A stretch of 63,986 bases of DNA, filler included, from Octopus bimaculoides (lineage: Eukaryota), in NCBI RefSeq assembly GCF_001194135.2. It is 6 parts of 6 records of this genome, joined end to end, with 100 filler letters (N's around TTAATTAATTAA, not from the genome) between each part and the next. Parts side by side here need not be neighbours in the genome. Positions count along the whole stretch, not along the records: positions 1 to 21,945 come from NC_068985.1; positions 22,046 to 47,527 come from NC_068982.1; 4 more parts are not named here. One strand, written 5' to 3'. A program made the position numbers and the translations under genes. Below are positions 12,337 through 25,379 of this stretch, one piece after another. Every line of letters begins with the position of its first letter. Positions within the stretch are counted from its first letter, which is position 1. The notes beneath the pieces are model-generated. The model did no database searches, was not told where the DNA came from, and worked only from the letters and a program-made list of their open reading frames with translations.

Positions 12337-13620
12337 TTGGGTTGACAAGAAAGTAATTTTGTTCTTTTGCAAATAAAATGTTTTGAATAACTTTTGTTAA
12401 TGTTAGGATTTTTTCTTTTTGACATTTGTTAGTTGTTACTTTTAGCTTACTTTAGAGGCAAATTGCACGTAATTTTGTTTACAACTGTTAGTTCAGTGTC
12501 AATTTTAACATGGAATGCAAAAATGAATATTTTTGCCATATTTTACTTTTTATTTCCATAAAGGCAAGAAAGCTACTGAGGCTCACAAAGAGATATGTGA
12601 GGTTTATGGTGTTGATTGCTTAACAGAATTCACATGTCAGAAATGGTTTTAAAAATTCCATTCTGGAGATTTTTCTCTCAAAGATGACCAATTTTCTGGT
12701 GGACCTACTGAAGTTGATGATGACCAAATCAAAACCATAATTGAATCTGATTGTCATTTGACTGTGCAAGAGATTGCAGAGAGGTTAAATGTATCACACA
12801 CAAGTGGATATCACTTAAAATGTCTTGTACTCATTAAGAACCTTGATGTTTGAGTTTCCCATAAATTCAAAGAGATTCACTTAACACAACAAATTGATAT
12901 TTGTGATATGCATCTCAAACACAATGAAATCAACTGTTTTTTTTTTAATGAATCATTACTAGTGAGGAAAAATGGATTATCTACAATAACATCAATTGAA
13001 AACGATCATGGTCCAAGCATAATGAACCAGCACAAACCACATCGAAAGCTGAATTGCATCAAAAAGAGGTCATGCTGTCAATTTGGTGGGATTACAAAAG
13101 TGTTGTGCATTCTGAGCTGCTTCCAAAGAACCAAAAGACCAATTCTGATGTTTACTGTCAACAACTAATGAAACTGGAGGAAGCAATCAAAGAAGAACGG
13201 CCAGAATTGGCAAATCATACAGGAATCATGTTCCACCATGATAACGCTAGACTACACACATCTTTGCTAACTCGTAAAAAATTATTGGAATTTGGTTGAG
13301 AAGTGATACCACATCCACCATACAGCCCTGATCTTGCACCATCAGATTACCATTTATTTCGAAGTTTGCAAAATACTTTGAGTGGTAAAACTTTCAGTAA
13401 TGATGACAACCTGAATCGCACATGCTTCAGTTTTTGGCTAGTAAGGACCAGAAGTTCTATGAGCATGGAATCACGAAGTTGTCAGAAAGATGGCAAAAAG
13501 ACATCAAAAACAAAAAAAAAATGAAAAATATATAATTGATTAAAGTTCAATATTTGTATGAAAAAAAAAGTGACTTAGATTTCCCACTAAAAATCCGAAA
13601 TTATTTTTTTGCCAACCCAA
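12337..13620 (+). mobile_element. Full-length mariner transposon (about 1284 bp), inactive
   Basis: TA|TTGGGTTGACAAGAAAGTAATTT ... AAATTATTTTTTTGCCAACCCAA|TA; TA TSD at 12335-12336 and 13621-13622. Confidence 0.93.
12510..13540 (+). pseudogene. Mariner D,D34D transposase pseudogene
   Basis: MECKNEYF...HKGKKATEAHKEICEVYG, KEVMLSIWWDYK, MFHHDNARLHT, PHPPYSPDLAPSDYHLF. 34 codons lie between the last two Asp. Contains stops and frameshifts. Confidence 0.93.
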
Positions 13621-14227
13621 TAATTATCTACTTTATAGTTTTCTCATGCACCATCTTATGATGCTTCTGAATACATCATTAGTAATGTTATTTGGAGTCA
13701 TTGGGTGTTCGGGTCATTCAAAAGTTAAGTGCCTTTGCTTCAGAGACCAAGCTGGGGTTTACAAAGCCCCTTTACATTTTGCAACTATCATGTGATGTCA
13801 AGATAAGATGACACACTCACACAAACAGACACACAAACACATATACATATACATACATTGAAAATATTATTAGAAGGGTTGAAAATGTGCTGAATATGTT
13901 TATATATTTGGATTTCTTGTAAAATAAAAAAATCAGATTTTTTCATGAAGACAATTATATTCATTATATATACATACATACTCTGATATACTATCAAAAA
14001 TACAGGGGTTGATTTCACAAAGAAAGATTTTATTTATAGTATAGGTTTGATTTTATACAAGAGAGATTTTTCCAAAGCAAATTTTAGGGAAAGAAATGAA
14101 AATTATATTATACTCAGTCTGATTTTATATATAAAAGAGTTTTCCTTAACAAATTCTAGAAAAAGAGAAAAATATTTTAATCACTAGTTTGTGCTGTTTT
14201 TAACTTTCCAAAGCATAAGGTTTGCCA

Positions 14228-14380
14228 TGATGCATGGTCAGAAGCTTGCTTCAAAGCCACATGGCTTGGAGTTCAGTCCCACTGCATGACACCTTGAGCA
14301 AGTGTCTTCTACTATAGCCTCAGGCTAGCCAAAGCTTTCTGAGTGGATTTGGTTGATGGAATCTGAAAAAAGCCCATTAT
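14228..14380 (+). mobile_element. SINE family B, 5' half (tRNA head plus CORE-like caccttgagcaagtgtcttc)
   Basis: Matches 17137-17300. The 3' half appears to resume at 16790, after the RTE insertion. Confidence 0.8.
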
Positions 14381-14474
14381 ATATATATATATNNNNNNNN
14401 NNNNNNNNNNNNNNNNNNNNNNNNNNNNNNNNNNNNNNNNNNNNNNNNNNNNNNTATATATATAAATTATTTAT

Positions 14475-16733
14475 CATCATCATCATCATCGTCGTTGTTG
14501 TTGTTTAACGTCCACTTTCCATGCTCCAATCTGCTCTGACAAAGTTTCTACAGCTGGATGCCCTTCTTAACACCAACCACTCTGAGAGTGTAGTGGGTGC
14601 TTTTAATGTGCCACCAGCATGAGAGATAGTCAGGCAGTACTGGCATCGATCATGCTTGAATGGTGCTTTTTATTTGTCACTGGCATGGGAGCCAGTCAAG
14701 TGGCACTGGCAACGACCACACTCAAATGGTGTTTTTTACGTGCCACTAGCATGGGACCAGTCGGCTGGCACTAGCATCGACCATGTTTGAATGGTGCTTT
14801 TTACATGCCACTGACAAGGGGGCCAGTCAGGTGGCACTGGCAATGATCATGCTCGAATGGTGCTTTTTATGTTTCACCGGTTCAGGACCAGTCAAATAGC
14901 AGTGGCATCAACCATGCTTGAGTGGTGCTTTTTACGTGCCACCAGTGCAGGTGCCAATCACGCAGTGCTGTCATCAACCATGACAATGACTTCACTTGAC
15001 TGAACAGATCTTTGCAAGTGCAGTTTATTGCCCAATGATTGAAGAGTACTCTTAAATGGGTTGGTTATGCTGCACTGGCATAGGCCACAGTTACAGTCTT
15101 ACATGGCTTGCTGGGTCTTCTCAAGCACAGCATATCTCCAAAGGTCTCAGTCACTTGTCATTACCTCTGTAAGGTCCAATGTTTGAAGGTCATGCTTCAT
15201 CACCTCATCCCAGGACTTCCTAGGTCAACCTCTTGCACAGGTTCCCTCTACTACTAGGGTGTGACATTTTTTTATACAGCTGTTCTCATCTATACACAAA
15301 ACAGGACCATACCAGTGCAGTTGTCTCTCTTGCACACCATATCTGATGCTTCTTATGTCCAACTTTTCTCTGTCGTGCACATACTCTGTCATGTATGCAC
15401 ACTGACATTACACATCCAGCGGAGCATACTGGCTTCATTCCTTGCAAGCTTATACATGTCCTCAGCAGTCACAGCCCATGTTTCACTGCTATGTTGCATG
15501 GCTGTTTGCACACATGCGTCATACAGTCTGCCTTTTACTCTGAGTGAGAGGCCTTTGTCACCAGCAGAGGTAGGAGCTCTCTGAACTTTGCCCAGCCTAT
15601 TCTTATTCTAGCAGCTACACTCTCAGAGCATCCACACCCGCTATTGACTTGGTCACCTAGGTAATGGACGCTATCAGCTATTTCTAGTTTTTCCTCCTAG
15701 ACGGAAACTGTTTTCTGCACATTTTCAGTGTTTATTGCCCCTGAGCATTTGTCACACACAAAACTATCTCCCTTTGATATTACTGCACCTCTTATGTGTC
15801 CATAGCTTACACTGGGTACATCTTATGGAGTTTCTACCTACGCCTTTTCTACAGATTGAACAGGGCCATCTACCTCAAGGGATTTGTGATTTGTCTGCCT
15901 TCCTACTTATTAAGACTTTGGTTTTTGCTAGATTGACTCTAAGGCCCTTCAATTCTAGACCTTGCTTTCACACCTGAAACTTCTTCTCTAGTTCTGATAG
16001 TGACTCAGCAATTAGGGCAAGGTCATCAGCATAGAGAAGCTCCCAGGGGCATTTTGTCTTGAATTCCTCTGTTATTGCCTGGAGGACTATCATGAATAAG
16101 AGGGGGCTGAGGACTGATCCCCTACCCCTACCTGGAATTCTTCACTATACTTATTGCCAACCCCCACTTTAGCTTGTACAGCTTTCACTAACCACTCATC
16201 TATCCTTAGTTTCCGCATTGACCACCAGATAAGGGATCGGGGGACCATGTCAAAGGCCTTCTCCATGTCAATGAAAGCCAAGTACAAAGGTCTATCTTTG
16301 GCTAGGTATTTCTCCTGCAGCTGTCTTACCAGAAATATAGCATCAGTGGTGCTTTTCCCTGGCACAGACAAAACTGCATCTCATCTAAACTGACTCTCTT
16401 CCTAATTAGTTGGGCTGTGACCCTCTCTGTGACTTTCATCACCTGATCCAACAACCTGATACCTCTGTAATTATTCGTATCTAATGCATCACCTTTACCT
16501 TTGTGACAGTTGAGTATGGAGCTACTACACCAGTCATTGGGTATGACTTCTTCGTGTATCACCTGATGGACTATACAAGTTACTAGACTATAGCTGCCAC
16601 CGCCAGATATTTTGAGCATCTCTGCCATGATTCCTGATGGGCTGGGGGCTTTCCTTGTCTTCATACTCTTGATTGCTTTATCTACCAAGGTACTGTCAAT
16701 TCGGATAGCTGGTCCCTCTGTTGGGTCAACACA
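14475..16733 (-). mobile_element. RTE-clade LINE, 5'-truncated, with RT domain, 3' UTR and short tandem tail
   Basis: KSTTDAIFLVRQLQEKYL...LAFIDMEKAFD and WELLYADDLALIAES (about 16010-16050). Tail (caa)n(gat)n at about 14475-14510. Confidence 0.93.
14596..14985. repeat. Six tandem 65-66 bp units in the RTE 3' UTR
   Basis: Unit starts at 14596, 14662, 14728, 14793, 14859, 14924. Consensus is approximately GGTGCTTTTTACGTGCCACYRGCAYGGGRGCCAGTCARGYGGCACTGGCAWCGACCAYGCTYGAAT. Confidence 0.93.
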
Positions 16734-16789
16734 TGTATATATATATATATATATATAGATATATATATATATATATATGTGTATGTATA

Positions 16790-17013
16790 CATCTGTGTGT
16801 GTGTCTTTGTGTCTGTGTTTGTCCCCTACTACTGCTTGACAACTGGTGTTGGTATGTTTATGTCCCTGTAACTTAGTGGTTCAGCAAAAGAGAATGATAG
16901 AATATGCTTGAAGCTTAAAAGAAAAGAAAAGTACTAGGGTTGATTCCTTTGACTAAAAATTCTTCAAAGCATTGCCTTGCATGGTCGCAGTCTGAAACAA
17001 GTTAAAGATAAAA
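16790..17013 (+). mobile_element. SINE family B, 3' half
   Basis: gtgtctgtgtttgtcccc...cttgacaactggtgttgg...cagcaaaagag...gaaacaagttaaagataaaaga, following a TA/TG tract. Confidence 0.7.
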
Positions 17014-17033
17014 GATATATTTATATCTATATC

Positions 17034-17069
<36 letters not shown>

Positions 17070-17098
17070 TGTATGTATGTATGTACATACGTACGTAC

Positions 17099-17131
<33 letters not shown>

Positions 17132-17136
17132 CGTAT

Positions 17137-17560
17137 GTGGCTGCATGCTTAAGAATCTTGCTTCCCCATCATGTGGTTTAAGGCTCAGTTCCATTGTTTG
17201 ATATCTTGGAAAAGTGTCTTCTACTATAGGCCTGGACCAACCAAAGCATTATGAGTTTGATTAGCTTGATGGAAACTGGAAAAAGCCTGTAGTTTATATA
17301 TATATATATATATGAATATGTATGTTTGTGTGTGTGAGTGTTTGTGTGTACCCATGTCTTCATATCATGGGCTGATTGTAAGTGAGCATCACCATCGTAC
17401 AAGCAGTGTTGTTCATTTCCAGTCTTCCATGAAAAACATGCCTGATACTGTGGAAATAGCTTGGTTTTAAAAAAGTAATGGTTGGCAACAAGAAAAGAAT
17501 CCGACCATAGAATATGTCCCTCTGCACATTTCATCTGGAAAAGTGACCATAGTGACTGCT
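17137..17560 (+). mobile_element. SINE family B (head, central TA/TG tract, alternative 3' part)
   Basis: Head matches 14228-14380. Confidence 0.78.
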
Positions 17561-17814
17561 GCTGATGGTATATATATATATATATATATATATCAATCCT
17601 CATTGATTTAATGTCTGCTTTTCTATGTTTGCTTGCAGGTTTTCGATGGTTTGATGCTCTTTCTGTCATCAACATTTCCTGTTTGGATTTTTTTTTCACA
17701 GAATATTGAAAATAAATGACATTCATTTACACGATTCATGTGATGTCAAGACAGAGTGCCACAAAACACATGCACATTCATACTTACACACAGTATCCAT
17801 GCATACATGCACAT

Positions 17815-17963
17815 GTGTGCATCCTCACACTCACACAGAATGGGCATTTTTTCAGTTTTTGTCAGTCAAATGCATTCGTAAGGCTTTGGTCAGCTTGGGT
17901 CTTGTGCAATGGGGCTGAACCCAAAACCTGGTGGTTGGGAAGTACACATCTTAACTACACAGC
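17815..17963 (-). mobile_element. SINE family B head, internally deleted
   Basis: Reverse complement matches the family B head (ggctgtgtagttaagatg...accaaagcctt...gactgacaaaaactgaaaaaatgccc). Confidence 0.7.
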
Positions 17964-19246
17964 CATATATATTTATAAATATAAATTATATAATCACACA
18001 ATTACATACATTATTATGTATTTATGTTTATATGTATTTGTGTATGTATATGTAAATTTATGTGCGTCTGTGAATTTATCAATCTATCTACATACATATA
18101 TGTAGAAATGTATATATACATATGTATGTGTATATACATATGTATATATCTATAAATATATATATATATGTATATATATTGGTGTGTGTTTGTATGCTCA
18201 CACAAACTTACAAAGTTAAACACATATGTAAAGAGAAACAAAGAGATTATTTACAGTCTTCAAAGAAATAAAATTTGCCATCTTCTTGTAATTAAAGTAA
18301 ATTATTGACTGCTTTTAACTTATTCTTTAAATATTATCTTATAATGAAAAGAAAATTTTTTATTTATTTATAAACTAATTCCTTTTCGTGTGTAAAATGT
18401 TAAATCCTGTCATTGATGTTTCATACATAAGAAAGATTTAAGATAAATATACTGTATATTTTATCAAATTTTAAAATTTATTTTTGCTTATTTAGATATC
18501 TATTCTGAAATCTATCTGTATTTTATGATGGAAATCTTTTTGTAAAAATTTTATACATATCCAATTAGAAAAGACAAATCTGATTTGAAAAAACTTTAAA
18601 TTCTTTAAACTGGAAAGCTTTTATGTGGATAAATACATTTAATTTTCATAAACTATTTAAATATGTATCTTTTATGTTATTTTACTGTAAAAAGTGTCAG
18701 AACTGAAGAAAATTTTGCTTTAATTTACAATAGGAATTTTCTAGTTTGTAAGATCTGCAAAGTTGTGAACAGGTGTATGTCTCATTCAAATATGTTTGGA
18801 TATGTAGAAAACAAACAACGACAAAAAAAAAAAAAATGAACACAATTTTCTTAGAGATTTAGGATGAAGATGTCTGATAAGTATATCTATCTTAGTATAT
18901 TTTTTATGAGTCTACATATCTATACTTTAAAGCAATATTTCAACTCCATATTAAAAAAAATAATTTGAGTCATGTAATCAAAATTTTTTTTTATGACATT
19001 GGGGTTTAAGGGAACATTAAATCATCAGCTAACTCATGCTTGCCTTAGATCAGAGCATGCATGTATTTTACTTTGGCTTTTATTGCAATGCATAGTAAGA
19101 TTAGGACATGACGGATTTTAAGTTTCATGCTAAATTGAAAATTCTTCAGTTTGCATGCATCTATTTAACAAAAAAACTTGATACAGAAAAAATAGCAATA
19201 TTTATTTACAATAATATATATATATGCATATTTGTGTGTATAATAT

Positions 19247-19279
<33 letters not shown>

Positions 19280-20397
19280 GCATAATTCTTAGTTCCAAGA
19301 TACATCTTGTGGATTCTCTGGGATGAACCTTCAGTGATGTTCCTGGGGTTATTAGGGAATTCAGATCTTCTAACATCAGACCTATTTCACCCAGTTGACT
19401 CAGTATTGGTTGATCACGTTTCATTTTGCATCCGAGTAGCAGCAAATCACAGGTTTCCATTATTTATCCAAAGCCACCTAGTGGCCTTCTCTGCAGCTTT
19501 TGGTAATGGAATGTATAGCCCTTGACATTCTAAGAATGCACACAGACATACTGTATATCTCATAGATATTTTAAGCAAATAATCTATATAAAAAGACTTG
19601 TGCTGACTTCATCACATACATATTTATGAATACATGCTACTTGTTAATAAGCATATGCAGTTAAATGATCACTTTTAAATGCATTTGATTCTATACAGTT
19701 TGATGTTTTGAGAAGATATGTAATTAATCATTCCATTAATTGAATTATGCAATTATCAGAGAAGCAGTTTAACAAAATCTACAATACTTGGAGCTAACAG
19801 TAATATACTCAATTATCTATTGCTCATCTTTTATAAAAACTAACCATCTATGCACTGAAAATGAATGTGTGTTATATCATTGGCATAAAGTTGGTGAGTG
19901 ATAGATGAAATGCTTTCCAGTATTTAGTTTAACCCATCTCGTATTACATTCAAATGTCACAGCAGTCAGCTTTGCCTCCTATCATTTTGTAGTCAATTAG
20001 ATATATACTTGTGAAATGGTTTCTTCTTCAGAATGTACGACCTTGTGTCTATGTATGAAGTAATTATTACTTATTGCTCTAAGAAAACTATGAAGAACAA
20101 ATGCAATAATTGAACCAAAATGGTTGGAGAAAAATAGGGGCTGATGTATTTTAAAATTTACTTGCAACAGCAGTAGCAGCAGCAATAATAACATTCACAT
20201 GTTTTTGTTTAGAAAATCGTATTTGATCATCAACTTATTGCTCCACCCCCATTTGAAAAATATTACCTTTGAATATTTAAGTCCTGATCCTCTTGCTATT
20301 GTTCAATCAAAAGTAATAATTTCATATAATGCTGTTTCATTTAAAGTATTCATCAATAATTTAGTAGCTACTTTTTCTTTTCTTATTGAAATTATAG

Positions 20398-20471
20398 ATG
20401 AATTACAAAAAAAGCGGAAGTCATCTGCATGGGATCAAAAGAACCGTGTCTTGACTGAAAGAAGAAAATAA
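20398..20471 (+). CDS. Candidate phase-1 terminal exon, (D)ELQKKRKSSAWDQKNRVLTERRK*
   Basis: Pyrimidine tract ctttttcttttcttattgaaattatag precedes it and the phase fits the KIF17 exon. No firm homology. Confidence 0.2.
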
Positions 20472-21239
20472 TATTCAAAGGGAATATGTATATTTATTGG
20501 ATTCCATGTAAATTATTTCAGACCCAGTTCTGTTTTAGTGAATTTCTTGCACAGCTGAATGCTTAGGAAATGAATTTAAGATGAGAGAAAGAAAACAGAA
20601 GCATATTGAATATTTCTCCAATAGCACTCTGTTATATTTTTGATTTAGTCTGAAATTCAAAACAGTTCAGATGCATGTGATATACCATTTTTAGTTTTCA
20701 CTTAAATATATTTAAAGATAATCTTGGAGTATAAGAAATGATGTAGCAAGGATTCTTAGTATGTGTGGTAAAACCATTTTTAGCATTTCTATGTTAATGA
20801 GCAGGTATGATAGACCACAGGAAATTTTATGCTGCATAATGCTTGTACTTAGGTGCGATTTACCCCGTGACACATTTTTCTTACACTTTTGATTATAAGT
20901 AAAAACCAAATTTTACTAATTGGTAAGGTATGATAGAGCATTAAATTAATATTACAGGAAAACCTGATTAAATTTTATTATAAAAATCTGATAAAAAGAA
21001 GTAAGTATATTCATAAGAATAAAGCCAGGAAAGTAGATTGTAAAGAAGTTTTTTTGTCGTTTGTGTATCATTAAAATTTTAGATGGAAACTAAATTTTGA
21101 AGTACTATTCTTGCTGGCATATTACCATAAAATACAAGCTCATTGTAAAAAAAATACCACATTGTATGTGCCAGGGAAATCTTCTTGCCATAGGAACAGA
21201 ATGACATGATTTCAAATTGAACACATTAATATTACTTCT

Positions 21240-21430
21240 ATCTAATTTTGGCACATAGCCAGTCATTTCAAAAGGACGTAGCAAGCTGATTACATTAACC
21301 ACAGTGCTCAACTGGTACTTATTTTACTGAGCTTGAAAAGATAAAAGCAAAGTTGACATTGGTGGCATTTGAACTCAGAACATAAAGAGCTGCAAGGAAT
21401 ACTGTAAAGCGTTTTTGTCTGATGCAGGTG
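21240..21430 (-). mobile_element. SINE family A
   Basis: Same core sequence. Confidence 0.85.
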
Positions 21431-21885
21431 ACAGAAAAGTCATCTGGCTACAGGGAATCTGCCTCAATAAATTCCATCTGGCACATGCAAGCATGGAAAA
21501 GTTGATGTTGGTGATAATGATGAGAATATCACAGAATGGAAAAAAGATTAGAAACAAATCATGTAAGCTAACACAAATTCAGCTTCTAACTGAAAACAGA
21601 AAAGAGTAAATTTAGTTAGCAAAATTTCTATACATAACTTAAATTACAAGTACAAAAAAAAAATCATATTTCATTTATAACAATATAAATGTGTTTGTAA
21701 AAGTTAATGTATTAACAGCGTATAATTAGTATAACATCACTCAAAACGTGTTACATGTAATTGCTGTAAACTTTAATAATACTTATAAACTGTGATGGAT
21801 ATAAACTTGTCAATACTTTAAAATGTTTCAATATTATAAGGAAAAAAATCTCTTGACAGATAATTTAGAAATTACTATTAAGCAG

Positions 21886-21924
<39 letters not shown>

Positions 21925-21945
21925 CACACACATAAATATTTATAT

Positions 21946-22045
21946 NNNNNNNNNNNNNNNNNNNNNNNNNNNNNNNNNNNNNNNNNNNNTTAATTAATTA
22001 ANNNNNNNNNNNNNNNNNNNNNNNNNNNNNNNNNNNNNNNNNNNN
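21946..22045. other. Artificial assembly join (44 N + TTAATTAATTAA + 44 N)
   Basis: Exactly 100 bp; the 12-mer carries stops in all six frames and recurs five times. Confidence 0.95.
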
Positions 22046-23329
22046 ATATATATAGTGAGAATAGAGAGGACAAAAGGAAGGAGGAGAAGTAGAAGTTTTT
22101 TTTATGTAAAGATTTACGTCCTGATATTTAAGGTTATATGAATTTTCTATGAAAAATGTATGTGTAGAGGGAGATAGAGAGATAGAGAGATAATTAGAAG
22201 GGGAAAACTGGGAAATGTAGACTAATGAATGAGAAGTAGGAAAAGACGAAGATGTGGTAGAAAATGGGAGGTAAACATGAGAAACATTAGCGTAGCGAAG
22301 ACACAATTTTAGTATTATAAACTAATAGGTGGAACAAGAAGATTGTGAAAAGAGATGACAATTACTTTATAAATGAATGAATGAATGAATAAATAAACTG
22401 TGTTAACAATAATGATAGTGGAAACATTATCAGTAAAATTGATGTAGAAACTTGAAATCTAGCAAATAGGAAAGTGTACACAATTAACCTGTGAATTAAA
22501 AAAATGTTTCCTGTAAGATGTCAGTTCTATAGAAAACTCATGTATTATAATGGTTTAGGAAACTGTTAAATGTTGTATTGATGTTAGATTTTATAAATAA
22601 AAATAATAAAAAGATTTCAATTATAATAAACAATAAAATTCTTAAAGTCTTCGACATAATGTTCGTGATATTAGAAGCATATAAAATTTCAAGAAAACTA
22701 AGATAGTTTAAATATACTAAAAAACATAATAAACACATGAAAATAAAGTAATGATAAATTAATAAATAAAAATGTCTTTCGTAAAAGACGCTTACAAATT
22801 TCAAGATTACAGTTTGGCATAACAAATAAATAACTTTAAATAAGTAATAATTTGCTATCATAAATAAATGATTAATAAATAAATAAGAATGTTCGTTGAT
22901 TGCTAGGTCTTCTGTTCTACATTTCTTAAAGGAACCACCCTATCAATATTACTATCTTTCAATGAAAGTGCGTATGCGAGTGTGTGCGAGAGATAGAGAG
23001 AGAGTGTGCGTGTGTGTGTATATGTTTTATAGTGCGGCCGTTTTTTCACATATTGGTACTCTGGTCAAAATATTGGTATACTGATGAAAATAACATTCTT
23101 CTCAATGATGCCAAATAACTAAGGTATATTCTACAGTTAAATATTGAACCCAATGACGTTGCTTTTGGCATTATCATTGAAGACAAGCACCATCGTATCA
23201 TCCCTGACGTAACTTACGGCACAATAGAAATCAAGCTGCAATAAAAAGAATTATATACAGTTCAACTGCAGGTTTTTCATAAATTCCTCTCTCGTATCTT
23301 GGAGAAATACAACCCCAACTTGTATTTCT

Positions 23330-23660
23330 GCAAGTTAGCTTCTTGAGAAAAGAGCGAACTATAGGCTTCACACTCAAACATTTTATGTCCTAGTCTGTTT
23401 TGCAAATAGGGCCATTTGACGCTTCCAGTGAATTATTCACTTCTGATATCATTAAAATAGTTGAGACGGTGGTGAGATCAAGAATAACCAATTCCTGGAT
23501 AGTAACAATCTCCTAAATCCCAGTTGGAATGGATTTTGATGTGCCAAAGACTGCCTAACATAACTTTTATACCACTTTGAGACGATATTTTTAATATTTT
23601 GGAAGATGGTTCAAGCCTATGTCATATACTTTGATTTCATGAGAAAAGCAACCTAATATT
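23330..23660 (+). mobile_element. CR1/L2-like LINE RT fragment
   Basis: Frameshifted KIVETVVRSRIT.FLDSNNLLNPSWNGF.CAKDCLT.LL.HFE...EDGSS..VIYFDF matches the CR1-type RT N-terminus. Confidence 0.75.
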
Positions 23661-25379
23661 TCAGTGAAAATATTTGCAATAGATTAAATGCTTTCTGATA
23701 AGCAGAACTTAGCATATAAACGAAGCATTTTATTTCTTTTTGTCATTATTTGTTTTGATCTGAAGTGAGTAACTGTGCCCCATAGCCTTCGCCGGTTCTA
23801 CCTGGTCGGTGACAATGACGTTGGCAGCGTTCTACTTGAACTATTGGATGCCATCAGTTTTAGGAAAAATATATTCAAGGCGAAAATACAAAAGGACCGA
23901 CGTTCTTGGGGAAGAAATTCTGAGCGTTGTGATAAGCTTGATATCAGAGGATGAACACAACAGTGGCAACGAAATGAGGAGCTAAACAGAAGTGACACAA
24001 GACCAGTTAGATCCGTCACACATTGATGACTTCTTTTTAAAGATGTGAGAGTAAGTGAAACAGAAGCAGCGTCATGTGGGAGCAGTATTGCATCAAGAGT
24101 CTCACCTGAAGTTTGTAGATGATTAGTAGTTTGTTTAACAGATAGACAGACAAACAGATACATACATGTATGCATGGTTGCATGCATGAATACATACATA
24201 CATACAAACAAACATAGACGCTAAGAATGGCGTAATACATACAGTACCAAGTAACCAGATAAAAAATCGGTTGAACGTTTTACCCTGTCTGCCAGTAGTA
24301 CTCTGAAACTTTTGTAAAGATACATATGGGTCTCATTATGTGTGTATAGTTGTTTGTGTATATCTAAGATTTTGTGAACTTCACATCTATCCTCTTTCAC
24401 TACACTCCGTCCTCATCATTCTCGCTTACTCTCTCAATAATTATCTTTCTATCTTTTATGTCTATCTTTATATGATTCCTTCTTTTCCTTTTTTTCTGTT
24501 TTATACATGTTTCTCTCCTCTTCCTTCTGTCATATTGCCTCTCCCTTTCAAACCATTCTAACTCTCAATCTCTTAATTACTCTCATTGTTACCACGATTT
24601 TGACGCCCTTTTCACCTCTGCTTCCTCTTTACTCTTTCTCATACTAACTCTTATTTTCTCCCTTCTCTCTCCCCCTTTCTCAATCCCCCTCCCAGCTTCT
24701 CTTCTACAAATTCACGTTGTCTTTTCAGTTCAAAATTTTTCGTCCATTACGTCCCATTTTATTAATGCTACCAGCCTTAGTCCATTATTAAAGATGTCAG
24801 CAACTAAAATGTTCTGTTTAAGCACAACAAATGTCTCCAACCTACAACCTCTCTACCATTTTCTATCTACCCCCACTGTAGTTGAAATACGTCAATTATC
24901 ACCACATGTTGGCATAGTTCAAACATGTAGAAACTGGCGGAGTAAAGATTAGGTTCGAGATCGCAGCATGACTTTCAAGTAGTAAACTTCGTTTATCTTT
25001 TATTAATGATGTGAATTAATGCATCCACACCACTGGACAATGTATACTGTTACGTAATCATTTGTTAATGTATCATTTCTCTGGTTTCTTTATATCATAT
25101 GAGTGTTTATGTACACACGCAAACACACCCATACATACACACCCCATACGCACACACTGATACATATATATATATATATATATACGTGTAGGTATAGCGA
25201 TGCAAACACGAAAAATAGAACTCAAAATATGAGTATATGTATATTTTTATTAATATTTAGCTGAAGCAGCAGAATGACTCAAGAGACGAAAGTTTGGTGC
25301 ATTGGCACATCAAACTTTGATAAATGCATACGTAGGAAAGTATCGACACTTAAGTTACTGTGTTGCCTCTGCTATATAT

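Noticed and set aside
14596-14985. CRISPR-like regular array
   Set aside because: Units are contiguous diverged repeats without unique spacers, lie inside a eukaryotic LINE 3' UTR, and no cas genes are present.
19290-19535. Minus-strand frame with three in-frame TGA (selenoprotein-like) and an overlapping + ORF
   Set aside because: No selenoprotein homology, no Cys/Sec motif and no SECIS seen; compatible with chance.
21990-22001. Recurrent palindromic TTAATTAATTAA as a regulatory or homeodomain site
   Set aside because: Always centred in exactly 44+44 N; an assembly spacer.
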